Below are positions 16,519 to 26,406 of a DNA stretch of 32,000 nucleotides, one piece after another. Source of the DNA: Propionibacterium ruminifibrarum (GTDB lineage: Bacteria > Actinomycetota > Actinomycetes > Propionibacteriales > Propionibacteriaceae). Location of the stretch: positions 60,001 to 92,000 of the forward strand of contig NZ_OMOH01000004.1 in the NCBI RefSeq assembly GCF_900289195.1, given 5' to 3'. The translations under genes were made by a program, and so were the position numbers. The notes beneath the pieces are model-generated. The model was not told the DNA's origin and did no database searches. It saw only the letters and a list, made by a program, of their open reading frames with translations. How positions within the stretch are numbered: position 1 is the stretch's first letter; the number at the start of each line of letters is the position of its first letter.

Positions 16519-17550
16519 ATGGACGAGACCATGCGCGGCGTCATCCTGCACGCGCCGGGCGATGTGACGGTCGAGGACCGCCCTGTCCCGCACGTCATCG
16601 ACCCGACCGACGCCGTCCTCAAGGTCGAGATCGCCTGCATCTGCGGGTCCGACCTGTGGCCCTACCGCGGACTCCAGCCCGTCGAGGAGTCCCCCATGGG
16701 CCACGAGTACATCGGAACCGTCGTCGAGATCGGTTCCGATGTGAAGAACGTGAAGGTCGGCGACTTCGTCGTCGGCTCCTTCTGTCTGTCCGACAACACC
16801 TGCGAGATCTGCCAGTCCGGCTACCCGTCCCGCTGCGTCAACGGCGGCTTCATGGGTGACACGCAGGCCCAGTACACCCGCGTGCCCCAGGCCGACGGCA
16901 CGCTCGTCGTCGTCCCCGGCGGCAAGCCCGACGACCCCGAGGTCCTCGCCTCCCTGCTGGCGGCCTCCGACGTGCTCGGCACCGGCTGGTTCGGCGCCGT
17001 CGCCGCCGAGGCCGGGCCCGGCAAGACGGTCGCCGTCGTCGGTGACGGCGCGGTGGGTCTGTCCGCGGTGCTCGCCGCGAAGGCGCTCGGCAGCGAGCAG
17101 GTCATCGCCTTCTCCCGCCACGAGGACCGCGCCGCCCTGGCGCGCGAGTTCGGCGCCGACGTCGTCATCGCCGAGCGCGGCGAGGAGGGCGCGGCCAAGG
17201 TCAAGGAACTCACCGGCGGACTGGGCGCGCACAGCGTCGTCGAGGCGGTCGGCAACCAGGTCTCCATGGACCAGGCCATCGCGTCCTGCCGTCCCGGCGG
17301 GCACGTCGGCTTCGTCGGCGTCAGCCACGACCAGCAGATCGACGGGGGCAGCCTGTTCTTCTCCGAGGTGCACCTGCACGGCGGCCCCGCACCGGTGCGC
17401 CGCTTCCTGCCCGACCTGATCGACCGGATCCTGAAGAAGGAGATCAACCCCGGCAAGGTCTTCACCCTGCGCCTGCCGCTCGAGCAGGCGGCCGAGGGCT
17501 ACAAGGCGATGGACGAGCGCCGCGCCATCAAGGTGCTGCTGGAGGTCTGA
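16519..17550 (+). CDS. Zinc-dependent alcohol/polyol dehydrogenase (MDR superfamily)
   Basis: CGSDLW...GHEYIGTVVEIG (catalytic Zn), CLSDNTCEICQSGYPSRC (structural Zn) and VVGDGAVGL (Rossmann). ATG 16519 lies 8 nt after GAGGAG. The substrate cannot be assigned. Confidence 0.8.
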   Translation: MDETMRGVILHAPGDVTVEDRPVPHVIDPTDAVLKVEIACICGSDLWPYRGLQPVEESPMGHEYIGTVVEIGSDVKNVKVGDFVVGSFCLSDNTCEICQSGYPSRCVNGGFMGDTQAQYTRVPQADGTLVVVPGGKPDDPEVLASLLAASDVLGTGWFGAVAAEAGPGKTVAVVGDGAVGLSAVLAAKALGSEQVIAFSRHEDRAALAREFGADVVIAERGEEGAAKVKELTGGLGAHSVVEAVGNQVSMDQAIASCRPGGHVGFVGVSHDQQIDGGSLFFSEVHLHGGPAPVRRFLPDLIDRILKKEINPGKVFTLRLPLEQAAEGYKAMDERRAIKVLLEV

Positions 17551-17566
17551 GCCCGGACAACGACGG

Positions 17567-17601
17567 CCCGGAGGAGAGCCATGACCCGGTTCTCCTCCGG
17601 G
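17567..17601 (+). terminator. Terminator-like hairpin after the dehydrogenase gene
   Basis: CCCGGAGGAGA...TCTCCTCCGGG is an 11-bp perfect stem, extendable to 14 bp with one G.U and a 7-nt loop. It starts 17 nt after the stop. Confidence 0.55.
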
Positions 17602-17610
17602 CATCTGCAC

Positions 17611-17632
17611 GGCCGGCGTCGCGACGCCGGCC
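17611..17632. terminator. 22-bp perfect palindrome between convergent genes (possible bidirectional terminator)
   Basis: GGCCGGCGTCG|CGACGCCGGCC, lying between the dehydrogenase (+) and the GNAT (-). Confidence 0.35.
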
Positions 17633-17798
17633 TGTGACAGCCCGACGGCCTTCGCCTGTTCCGGCATCTGAACGACTCCTTGGACCGGCCCACCGCGCAA
17701 CAGCTCAGGGCAGAGTGCGCGGGGAGAAATGACCGAGGAATCAGGTCGCTCCGCCTTCGCCGCGGACAGCACGGGCCGGATCGTTTGCGACCGCGCCA

Positions 17799-18560
17799 TC
17801 ACCTCTCCCGACGCGTCCCGTGCTGCTGCGCCGGGGACTGCTTGGACATCATGACCATGGGCACGGCGTCCATGAGCACGGTGCCCACCACGCGATAGCC
17901 CAGAGCCTTGTACAGCCGGACCAGTTCGGGAAACTCCTCACCGGTGAAGAGTTCATACGACGCGCAGCCCTCGACACGATTCTCGAGTTCGCGCATGAGA
18001 CGCGTCCCGATGCCGCGGTGTTGCCACCGCGGGTCAACGATCAGCCGACCGACATGGGCCACTGAGTCCCTGACCTGAGCTCGCACCGATCCGACGATGC
18101 GGCCGCCCTGCTCGTACACGAGCACGATCCCGCTCTCGAACTCACGGATGATGTCGGGCATCGTCTGAACCATGGGTGCGATCTCCATGTCGCCGACCCG
18201 CTCGGCCACCGCGGCGAATGCCCTCCGCTGGAGCTCAAGGACGTCCCCCAACTCCTCGGCACGCGCGCTCCTGATCACTCCCGATTCCACTCCGGCCTGC
18301 ACCGGAACCGCCCCACGTGCTCGGATGAGATCGGCCAGCGCACCCATGTCCGCCATGGCATCGGGGGAAAGGTCTTCGGCACTCAAGGACACCCCGAACA
18401 CCTTGTTCAGTTCGGCCCGGAGCTCATCTCTCTTCGCATCATTCAGCTCATGATCTCGACCCAGGCACGATTCCTCAACGATCCCACTTCGATCACCGGT
18501 GGACCCGAGTCGATCAGCAATAATTCGCGTCAGTCGTTGCATGATTTCATCGCGTTGCAC
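17799..18560 (-). CDS. GNAT-family N-acetyltransferase with an N-terminal ~90-aa carrier-protein-like helical domain
   Basis: The C-terminal half has VLVYEQGGRIVGSVRA...LIVDPRWQHRGIGTRLM (GNAT motif A, Q/RxxGxG). I chose GTG 18560 because it lies 8 nt after GGAGG; ATG 18542 is equally possible. The nature of the N-terminal domain is inferred only. Confidence 0.7.
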   Translation of the reverse strand: MQRDEIMQRLTRIIADRLGSTGDRSGIVEESCLGRDHELNDAKRDELRAELNKVFGVSLSAEDLSPDAMADMGALADLIRARGAVPVQAGVESGVIRSARAEELGDVLELQRRAFAAVAERVGDMEIAPMVQTMPDIIREFESGIVLVYEQGGRIVGSVRAQVRDSVAHVGRLIVDPRWQHRGIGTRLMRELENRVEGCASYELFTGEEFPELVRLYKALGYRVVGTVLMDAVPMVMMSKQSPAQQHGTRRER

Positions 18561-19229
18561 AGGAACAACCTCCTGCCCATTCACCGAGTGGACACCACAT
18601 CGTGTCACATCCCTTTCCCCGAGAGCCGGCGGCGCCCCGCAAAGCCGCCCATCCCCGTCGCCGGCCTCTCAGCGTGGCAATCATCCATGCGTGTCGGCCC
18701 CAAGACCCGGGGCTGCCCATGGGAGGAACTCGCCTCGTGGTTCGCGGCCCTGACGATCCTTCGACACTGCGGCTGCTCGGCAGCTGCCGCTGCGTCACTC
18801 GGTGGGCTTCGGCGACGGCCGGACGGTCCTCCACACATGGGCCCCGACGGCGAGTTGAACCGGATGATGCGAGCTGCCGTGCCCTGCGGTTCCCGTTCTG
18901 GCCACGACGGGGAACGAGTCCTCGCGGAGGCCGACACCGGCCGAGGCGCCTTCAGCCGCAGGGAGGTCCATGACAGATTCTTCCCGTCAGCCGGGAGGAT
19001 CAGATACCCCAAGCGAAAGAAAAGAAATCCCGCCCTTCACTTAAATACAGGACAGCCACGACACAGCACCGGCACAGTTTCACCGGAATACCGCCCCCCA
19101 TGGGCACCCCTAGTCACCAGCAATTCCGCAGCGTATAGTCGCAGTAACGAAAACCCCTCCACCCCTCCGTGCCGTGTCATTTTCCGATGCCGCCCTTGGT
19201 GTGATGACGCGCCCGGCGAGAAGAAGACC

Positions 19230-20483
19230 ATGCCCGATCACAACCAGCCCCGGGAGCGGCAGATGGCTCCCCACGTCTCTTCGCCCCGCAACAGCCGGTC
19301 CGTCGACGCAGAACGACCGGCCGTCGCTCTGCTGACCCTGCACAATGTCCGGAACTACGGGTCCGTTCTGCAGACGGTGGCGACTCAGACGCTTCTCGAG
19401 GAGGCCGGAGCGCAGTGCACGGTGCTGGATTTCCGCCGCGAGGGCATCGGGGACGACGCCGCCCACTACATTGCCGGGAGCAGCTACGCCAAGGTGCCCT
19501 TCGCGAAACAGGCGTACAGCCTCGTCCGCGGGCGAGCCGCCCACAGACGGGCATCGGTCTTCCAGGATTTCCTCGCGCGGCGGGTCAACCTGACCTCATC
19601 GCATTACGAGTCCTACGAGAGCCTCCACGACACCGTCGCTGATCACTATGACTCCTACTGCGTCGGCTCGGACCAGGTCTGGAACATCGCCTACAACCGT
19701 GACAACCGCCCCTTCTACCTCTCGTTCCTACCGCCCGACACCCACCGCTTCTCCTTCGCGTCCTCCATCGGAATGTCCGCCCTGCCGAGGCTGGAGGAGG
19801 AGCTCGCCACCCGGGCGCTGTCCCGCTTCGACCGGCTCTCCGTCCGGGAGGCCCCCGCCAGGGACTACCTGGCCGGTCTCGGCCTCGACGCCGAGCAGCA
19901 CGTCGACCCCACTCTGGCGGTACCGTCCGCCTACTGGCACGGCCTCGCCTCGGACGTCGTGCTGGACCACGAGTACCTTCTGGTCTACCAGCTCAACCGC
20001 AATCCGCTGCTGACCAGGACGGCCTCCCGGCTGTCTGCCCGAACGGGTCTGCCCATCGTCCGGGCCGACTACTGGCCCACCACGCGCATGCCCCTCGCCC
20101 GCCGGATCGTCCTGCCCCCCGTCGAGGACTTCCTCACCCTCGTCAGAGACGCCTCCCTCGTCGTCACCGACTCCTTCCACGGCGTGGCCTTCTCGCACAT
20201 CTTCGCCACGCAGTTCGTCGCCGCACCGCCGCCGAGGTACGGCGGGCGCCTCACCTCCGTCCTCGACCTGCTCGGAACGCGCAGTCGGCTCATCCGCTCG
20301 GACGACCAGGCGGGGACCCTCGCCCTGGGCTCCGGGCCCCTCCTCTTCGATCAGGACCGGCTCGACCACGAGCGCCGGCGTGCACAGCAGTACCTCCGCT
20401 CCTGCCTGTCGCCCCTGAAGCCGGGCCGACCGGCATCGGGTCCCTCCCACGGGCGACCGGCGACCGCTCCGAGGAACACGTGA
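19230..20483 (+). CDS. Polysaccharide pyruvyl transferase family protein
   Basis: ALLTLHNVRNYGSVLQTVATQ...YCVGSDQVWN...FSFASSIG...VVTDSFHGVAFS are hallmarks of the PS_pyruv_trans family. The start is either 19230 or 19263. The upstream 260 codons of track ORF 18450.. are non-coding in appearance. Confidence 0.7.
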   Translation: MPDHNQPRERQMAPHVSSPRNSRSVDAERPAVALLTLHNVRNYGSVLQTVATQTLLEEAGAQCTVLDFRREGIGDDAAHYIAGSSYAKVPFAKQAYSLVRGRAAHRRASVFQDFLARRVNLTSSHYESYESLHDTVADHYDSYCVGSDQVWNIAYNRDNRPFYLSFLPPDTHRFSFASSIGMSALPRLEEELATRALSRFDRLSVREAPARDYLAGLGLDAEQHVDPTLAVPSAYWHGLASDVVLDHEYLLVYQLNRNPLLTRTASRLSARTGLPIVRADYWPTTRMPLARRIVLPPVEDFLTLVRDASLVVTDSFHGVAFSHIFATQFVAAPPPRYGGRLTSVLDLLGTRSRLIRSDDQAGTLALGSGPLLFDQDRLDHERRRAQQYLRSCLSPLKPGRPASGPSHGRPATAPRNT

Positions 20484-21565
20484 CCGCCTATCTGCTGACC
20501 GTCGTCGCCGTCGTCGTCCTGCAACTGCTCCGGGCGGCCGAGGCGCCCGCCGAGAGCGGCGGCGAGGACGGCTGGCCACACCGGGCGACGGCGGCGCAGC
20601 GCGGCATCGATGTCGCGTGCGTCGCGGTCCTCGCGGCCGCACCCGCGCTGCGCGCCTGGTCGATCGGAACCGACACCCGGATGTACGTGTCCATGTACAA
20701 CGGGGCGGTCGACCCGGCGTCGTGGCGCAACTCCTCGGGCCAGTCGGTCGTCGAACTCGGGTACACTCTGTGGGAGTTCGCCCTGAAGTCCCTCGGCCTC
20801 AGCGCCCGCTGGTTCCTGGCCGCCACCGCCGTCGTCACCAACGGCCTGCAGTACGGGGCGATCCGGATGATCGCCCCCAAGATGCTTCCCGCGATCAGCG
20901 CATACGCGCTCTCCGGCCTCTACCTGTTCCAGTTCAACGGGATGAGGCAGGCGCTCGCCATCGCAGTGTTCATGTTCGGCATGGCGCTCATCCTGCGTGG
21001 ACGCCGCAGCGGGTGGGCGGTCCTCGTCGTGGCCGTCCTCATCCACCGTTCCGCCATCATCGCCGTCCTGGCCTTCGCCCTGTCGCGCCGCCCGCGCAGC
21101 CGGACGACGTTCAGCACCCGCCTGGTGCTGCTGTGCGGCGGAACGGTCCTCGCGCTCCTGCTGGCCAGCGCCGCGACCTCGTCGTTCCTGACGCATCTGC
21201 TCGGCGACAAGTACGGCGCCTACCTGGGCAAGGACCTGGGGTCCGGGCGAGGCCGCCTCGCCCACCTCGTCCTCATGCTCGCAGTGATCTGGTTCCTGCA
21301 CTCCACCCCAATCCCCGGACCCCTCCAGTGCGTCTCGCGCTTCTACTCCCTCGGCCTCGGATTCCAGGTGGTCGGGCTCCAGCTGTCGGTTCTCGACCGG
21401 GGCACGCTCTACTTCACCGCCGCCCTGCCCCTGCTCGTGCCGGCCCTCGTCTCGCACGGGTCCAGGGCCCGGCACCTGGTGCTGTGGGTCGGCATCGTCA
21501 CGTACTACTTCGTGAACCTGACCCAGTACGGCGACCTGCTCCCCTACGCGTGGTCGGTTCCATGA
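20480..21565 (+). CDS. EpsG-family polytopic membrane protein (Wzy-type repeat-unit polymerase)
   Basis: 361 aa with about 10 predicted hydrophobic helices. TDTRMYVSMY and FNGMRQALAIAVF are EpsG-like. The GTG start overlaps the previous stop (GTGA). Confidence 0.6.
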   Translation: MTAYLLTVVAVVVLQLLRAAEAPAESGGEDGWPHRATAAQRGIDVACVAVLAAAPALRAWSIGTDTRMYVSMYNGAVDPASWRNSSGQSVVELGYTLWEFALKSLGLSARWFLAATAVVTNGLQYGAIRMIAPKMLPAISAYALSGLYLFQFNGMRQALAIAVFMFGMALILRGRRSGWAVLVVAVLIHRSAIIAVLAFALSRRPRSRTTFSTRLVLLCGGTVLALLLASAATSSFLTHLLGDKYGAYLGKDLGSGRGRLAHLVLMLAVIWFLHSTPIPGPLQCVSRFYSLGLGFQVVGLQLSVLDRGTLYFTAALPLLVPALVSHGSRARHLVLWVGIVTYYFVNLTQYGDLLPYAWSVP

Positions 21566-22809
21566 GATCGCACCCGGCGCTACTCGACCGCCAGAGGGTC
21601 GGCAGGGCACTCGTCATGGCGGGGACCTTCATCGGCCCGCTGTCCCAATGGCTGGTGTTCTGGCTGCTGGCCAGGGTCTCCGGGCCGACGGCGCCCGGTG
21701 AGTTCGCCACGCTCCTGGCCTATGCGACACCCCTGTTCACGGCGGCGGGGTGGGGGCTGCGCAACACCTGCATCACCCTGCGGAAGGAGTACCCGTTCGC
21801 CGCCTATCTGCGGTTGCGGGTCCTCGCGCTCGCCGCGGGATCCCTCTGCATCGTGGCCGTCGGCGCCGCCCTGGGCCTGCACGCCGTACTCGTCATCGCG
21901 GTCACGATCATGAAGATCGCCGACGGCGTCATCGACATCCTCTACGCCCCCCTGCAGAAGAGCGGGGCTCTGCTGCCCTTCGGTCTTCTCATGATCCTCA
22001 ACGGAGCGCTCACGGTACTGGGCGCCCTCGTCCTGGCCGCCGTCGGCGGGTCGGCACAGATCATCGTCCTGGGTTCGTCCTTCGGCTCGGTCGTCACGGC
22101 CGTCGTCGCCATACCGGTGGTCCGGCGCCGCGCCTCGCTCGGCGGACTGCGCCCCACGGCGGAGGAGAAGGCCGGGCTCCTGTGGCGCATCATCGTGGAA
22201 TCGACGCCGGTGGCCGTCTGGCAGGTGCTCGCGGTCCTGGTCGTCAACCTTCCGACGTGGGTCGTCTCGATCGCCGGCTCGGCGGCGGACGTCGGACGTT
22301 TCTCGGCGGCCGCCTACATTCTGACGGCCGGCTCCCTGCTGGGCGCTTCGCTGAACTCGATGTACATCGGCGACTACCGGATGCTCGTCAGGCGGAGCGG
22401 GCGCGACGCGCTGATCTCCATGGCCGGCCGCACGACGAGGTGGGTGCTGATCGGTGGGATCGTGGCGGCCGTCGTCCTCCACGTCCTCGGCCCGCCCGTC
22501 TTCTCGACGCTGTACGGGCGGGGTTTCGATTTCGAGTCGCTTCTGCTGTCGTCGCTGACCATCGCGGCGACGTTGAACGCGGTGACCCAGGTGCTCAATG
22601 CGGCACTGCTGGCCCTCAACCGCTACCGGAACCAGGTACGGGTCGCGGTCTGGTCCTTGCTGATCGGCGTCGTCGCCGTCATCCCCTGCGGAGCGCTCGG
22701 GGTCTCCGCGGTGTGGTGCGGTGTCCTCTCCGCCCTGGTCAGCAGCATCGTCAAGACCGGCATGTCCGTGCACTACGTGAGGAGTGATGATGCCGCTGTC
22801 GAGTCATGA
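21562..22809 (+). CDS. wzx: Polysaccharide/oligosaccharide flippase (Wzx, MOP superfamily)
   Basis: 415 aa, about 12 hydrophobic helices. Position and size are typical of Wzx. ATGA overlap with epsG. The first 315 codons of track ORF 20617.. were rejected as out-of-frame shadow of epsG. Confidence 0.6.
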   Translation: MRSHPALLDRQRVGRALVMAGTFIGPLSQWLVFWLLARVSGPTAPGEFATLLAYATPLFTAAGWGLRNTCITLRKEYPFAAYLRLRVLALAAGSLCIVAVGAALGLHAVLVIAVTIMKIADGVIDILYAPLQKSGALLPFGLLMILNGALTVLGALVLAAVGGSAQIIVLGSSFGSVVTAVVAIPVVRRRASLGGLRPTAEEKAGLLWRIIVESTPVAVWQVLAVLVVNLPTWVVSIAGSAADVGRFSAAAYILTAGSLLGASLNSMYIGDYRMLVRRSGRDALISMAGRTTRWVLIGGIVAAVVLHVLGPPVFSTLYGRGFDFESLLLSSLTIAATLNAVTQVLNAALLALNRYRNQVRVAVWSLLIGVVAVIPCGALGVSAVWCGVLSALVSSIVKTGMSVHYVRSDDAAVES

Positions 22810-23857
22810 GTCGACCGGGACGGCCGCCGGCAGTGGGGTTCGGCCGCTGAGGATCCTGCACGTCACCGAGTGCTTCGGGGCCGGCGTGGGTCGGGCCGTC
22901 AAACTGAGGGCCCAGGGATTCCCTGACGCCGAGCACCACCTGCTGTGGGCCGGGGAGGAGACGCCGGTGGCATCGGAATGGGCCTCCTCGGTCCCGCTGC
23001 CCCGGACCATCCTGCCGCGCATCGCGGCGATCCGCCGAAGGGTGCGCGAGCTGGGTCCTGACATCGTCCACGCGCACTCGAGCTGGGCCGGGGTGTACAC
23101 CAGGACCGGACGCATCGGCGCTCCGGTGGTCTACGAGCCGCACTGCTTCAAGTTCGAGGATCCCTCCCTCCCCCCGCCGTCGAGGATCGCCTTCCAGTGC
23201 GCCGAACGAGCCCTCATGGCCCGGACTGCGGCCGTCGGGGTGCTCTCCCCCCACGAGCGAGCCATCGTCCGCGGCATGAGACGGGATCTGCCCGTGGTCG
23301 AGGTCCCGAACGTGCCGACCATCCGGCCCGAGCAGGTTGGCTTCCGCCACGCGGACCTGCGCAGGATGGTCATGGTGGGCAGGATCGTGCCGCAGAAGGA
23401 CCCGCGCTTCTACATCGACGTGGTGCGCAGGCTCCGCCTGGCCGGCGTCGCCCTCGAGGCGGTCTGGATCGGCGACGGCGACGCCGCGCTGTGCCGGCTG
23501 TTGAGCGGAGCCGGAATCCGGGTGACGGGGTGGTTGGGCGCGTCCGAGATCGAGGATCTTCTCCGCGGGGCCGTGTACGTGCACTCGGCGTGCTACGAGG
23601 GCTTCCCCCTGAGCATCCTCGACGCCGCGGCATGCGAGGCCCCCGTCGTCGCGCGGAGAATCCCCGCCATCGAACACACCGGCCTGCTCATGGCGAGCGC
23701 CCCCGCCGACGTGGCGTCCCTGGTGGAACGCCTCGTCCATGACGAGGGCGAGTTCGCCGAGGCGAGGGCCCGGGGCCGCCGCCTGCTGCATTCCCACTCG
23801 TTGCCTCACCTGGCCGACGCCCTGACCGTGCTCTACTCGGAGGCGCTGAACCCATGA
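22784..23857 (+). CDS. Glycosyltransferase family 4 (GT-B)
   Basis: LRILHVTECFGAGVGR at the N-terminus. C-terminal YVHSACYEGFPLSILDAAACEAPVV is the EX7E motif. GAGGAG at 22779-22784; the start is one of GTG/ATG/ATG at 22784-22792. Confidence 0.8.
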   Translation: MMMPLSSHESTGTAAGSGVRPLRILHVTECFGAGVGRAVKLRAQGFPDAEHHLLWAGEETPVASEWASSVPLPRTILPRIAAIRRRVRELGPDIVHAHSSWAGVYTRTGRIGAPVVYEPHCFKFEDPSLPPPSRIAFQCAERALMARTAAVGVLSPHERAIVRGMRRDLPVVEVPNVPTIRPEQVGFRHADLRRMVMVGRIVPQKDPRFYIDVVRRLRLAGVALEAVWIGDGDAALCRLLSGAGIRVTGWLGASEIEDLLRGAVYVHSACYEGFPLSILDAAACEAPVVARRIPAIEHTGLLMASAPADVASLVERLVHDEGEFAEARARGRRLLHSHSLPHLADALTVLYSEALNP

Positions 23858-24666
23858 CACGATCCTCAAACCGCATCTGTTTGGTGATTCCCTACTACGA
23901 AGCGGGCGGGGACCTCACCGAGTCCCTGTCGACCGTTGAGCTGGGGGCCGACGACCTGATCATCGTCGTCGACGACGGGTCACGGCACCGCCCGGCCCGG
24001 CAGTTCCTCCCGCCGAGTGCCGGCCCCACCGCGGTACAGCTCATCGAATTGGAGCGCAACAGCGGCATCACCGTCGCGCTGAGGACGGGAATCTCCCGGG
24101 CGCCCAAGGATTACGGGCTCATCGCCCGCCTCGACTGCGGCGACAGCTGCCTACCGGACCGCTTCGACAAGCAGCGGCGTCTTCTCCGGGACCACCCGGA
24201 GATCGTCCTCGCCGGATCCTGGGTGGACTTCGTCTCGCCGGACGGCTCCTTCCTCTACCGGCTGGAGCAGCCCACCGGGGCCGCCGGGATCCGCAGGCGG
24301 ATGCGGGTGAACTGCGCGATCATTCACCCGTCGGCGGTGTTCCGGCGGGAGGCGTACGACGCCGTCGGCGGCTATCCGACCGATTTCCCCGCCGCCGAGG
24401 ACTACGCGCTGTTCATGCTGCTCCTCGGCCAGGGCGAGGCGGCGAACATCCCGGAGGCCCTGGTGCGCTGCCGGACCGGGGACGGCGGCATCTCCGAGAC
24501 CAAGCGCAGGGTGCAGCTGGCCTCGCGGCGCCGGGTCCTTCTGGCCCATTTCGACTGGCACCCGGCATCGGTCTACGGGATCCTCCGGGCGACCGCGCAA
24601 ATGGTGACGCCGCGAAGCTGGAGCACCGCGGCACACCGCGTCCGTCGGAGGATCACCGGGCACTGA
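23854..24666 (+). CDS. Glycosyltransferase family 2 (GT-A)
   Basis: CLVIPYY...LIIVVDDGS...RLDCGD (DxD)...AEDYALF. ATGA overlap with GT4. Confidence 0.8.
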   Translation: MTRSSNRICLVIPYYEAGGDLTESLSTVELGADDLIIVVDDGSRHRPARQFLPPSAGPTAVQLIELERNSGITVALRTGISRAPKDYGLIARLDCGDSCLPDRFDKQRRLLRDHPEIVLAGSWVDFVSPDGSFLYRLEQPTGAAGIRRRMRVNCAIIHPSAVFRREAYDAVGGYPTDFPAAEDYALFMLLLGQGEAANIPEALVRCRTGDGGISETKRRVQLASRRRVLLAHFDWHPASVYGILRATAQMVTPRSWSTAAHRVRRRITGH

Positions 24667-24709
24667 ACTGTTCCGACCCCGGGTGAACCGCCGGCCGCGC
24701 GGGGCCCGC

Positions 24710-26197
24710 TCAGGCGGACCCCTCCTGGGTGAGAACCACCTTGATGGTCTTGAGGAGAATCATCAGGTCCATGGACAGCGTCCAGTTCTCCACGTAGAAG
24801 AGGTCGAAGCGGAGCGCCTCCTCCCAGGTCAGGGACGAGCGCCCGTTGACCTGCCACAGGCCCGTCATCCCGGGTTTGACCAGGAGCCGGCGCGCGGCGG
24901 TCTCGTCGTACAGTTCGACCTCCTTGGGCACCTGGGGCCGCGGCCCGACCAGGCTCATGGAACCGTCGAGGACATTGAACAGCTGTGGGAACTCGTCCAA
25001 GGAGGTCCGCCGGAGCACAGCACCGATTCTCGTGATGCGCGGGTCGTGATCCACCTTGAACAAGGGCTTGTCGGCAGCACCCTGCTTGCTGAGAAGGGCT
25101 TGGAGTTCGTCATCCGCGTTCACGCGCATCGTACGGAACTTCCAGATCCGGAAGCCATGCCCGTTCCTGCCGATCCTCGTCTGGCGGAAGAAGACCGGGC
25201 CGTGGTCCTCGTGCCGGATGAGCAGCGGGACCACGATCCACATCGGGATCAGCACGATGATCACGATGGCGGACACGACGATGTCCCCCAGTCGTTTGAC
25301 GACCAGTCTCAGCCGACTGATGGAGCTGATCTGAATCTCAAGCAGCGATATCCCGCCGAGTGGGCGCAGGTGGAGCCGCGGGCCGGAGACGTCGATCACG
25401 GAGGGGACCATGATGAGTCGGCTCGTCGTGCCAAGCGCCCAACTGATCCGTCGGATGTCCGCTGGGGCCAGTCCGCTCTCCTGCGCAACCATGAGAGTGA
25501 TGCCCTCCACGTTCTGGATCGCATCCTCCAGCTGCTTCACTCCCCCGACAATGGGCACGGGGAAGGGGGCCGCCTGATCCCCGGGAGCGCCATCGGCGGG
25601 GGCCGGGGCGTCGGAGAGGAAGGCCCCGCAGGGTTGCAGACCCAACTCGGGGCGCTCACTGATCACGGCTATGGCTGCCGACGCCGACTCCCAGGAGCCG
25701 ATGATGAAGGTCGGGCGCATGAACGATCCAGCCCGCCTCGCCCTGACGAAGTACCGGCGGGCGAGCCAGCGCCAGACGAGCAGCATCACGCCGCCGAAGG
25801 GCAGGGCGGCGAGGAAGTAGGACCGCGGCAACTGGACGCCGCTCAGGTAGGACAGCAGGGCCAACGCCCCGAATTCGATCACGGTCGCCTGAATCACCCG
25901 ATAATATTCATCCGACGTACTACCGAGAATGCGTTCGCTGTAGGAGTGCACGGCCCCCAGAAGCACCCACCACGTGATGATGACACCGACGCCGAATACC
26001 GCACTGATCCACGAGGGGGCGGTGAGGCCCAGCGCCAAGGAATTCTCCTCGTGCTCGAGGCGGACAAGACGGGCGCCGGACACGGTCGCGGTGATGACCA
26101 CGAGGTCGCCGACGATGAGGGAGCGTTGGAAAAGAGCTGCCACACGTGCGGTGGTAGCGGCTGGTACCAGATGGGAGATGGATTGGGGATCGGACAT
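24710..26197 (-). CDS. Polyprenyl-phosphate glycosyl-1-phosphate transferase (WbaP/CpsE-type priming sugar transferase)
   Basis: N-terminal TM bundle. The C-terminal bacterial sugar transferase domain reads [10 protein letters not shown]...[22 protein letters not shown]...[37 protein letters not shown]...[10 protein letters not shown]. Confidence 0.9.
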   Translation of the reverse strand: MSDPQSISHLVPAATTARVAALFQRSLIVGDLVVITATVSGARLVRLEHEENSLALGLTAPSWISAVFGVGVIITWWVLLGAVHSYSERILGSTSDEYYRVIQATVIEFGALALLSYLSGVQLPRSYFLAALPFGGVMLLVWRWLARRYFVRARRAGSFMRPTFIIGSWESASAAIAVISERPELGLQPCGAFLSDAPAPADGAPGDQAAPFPVPIVGGVKQLEDAIQNVEGITLMVAQESGLAPADIRRISWALGTTSRLIMVPSVIDVSGPRLHLRPLGGISLLEIQISSISRLRLVVKRLGDIVVSAIVIIVLIPMWIVVPLLIRHEDHGPVFFRQTRIGRNGHGFRIWKFRTMRVNADDELQALLSKQGAADKPLFKVDHDPRITRIGAVLRRTSLDEFPQLFNVLDGSMSLVGPRPQVPKEVELYDETAARRLLVKPGMTGLWQVNGRSSLTWEEALRFDLFYVENWTLSMDLMILLKTIKVVLTQEGSA

Positions 26198-26385
26198 GGT
26201 TCATCCAAGAGGTGGGTGAGCGCACAATGGCTCAGCGGAAATGAACGATGATCGCTGCCGGCAACCCGACTCTGAAATCGGGCAGACGAGCAGAAGAGGG
26301 TGCGAATAATTCCAATCCCGGACGCTCGGCCGCTCAGCGGGCGAGCGCCGCGGGCCAACCCGCTCGCGCGTCTTCTGTTCCGGAA

Positions 26386-26401
26386 GGGCCCGGTCGGGCC
26401 C
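26386..26401 (-). terminator. Small GC hairpin 5 nt downstream of the wzc-like stop
   Basis: GGGCCC-GGTC-GGGCCC. It lies in a 209-nt gap before the priming-transferase gene, where other short hairpins are also present. Confidence 0.25.
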
Positions 26402-26406
26402 GGCCG

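Noticed and set aside
18602-19231. ORFs 18602-18973(+), 18605-19012(-) and 19037-19231(-) in the gap upstream of the EPS operon, considered as a hidden gene or pseudogene.
   Set aside because: I could recognise no motif, SD or coding-like codon bias. A degraded gene cannot be excluded without a translated homology search.
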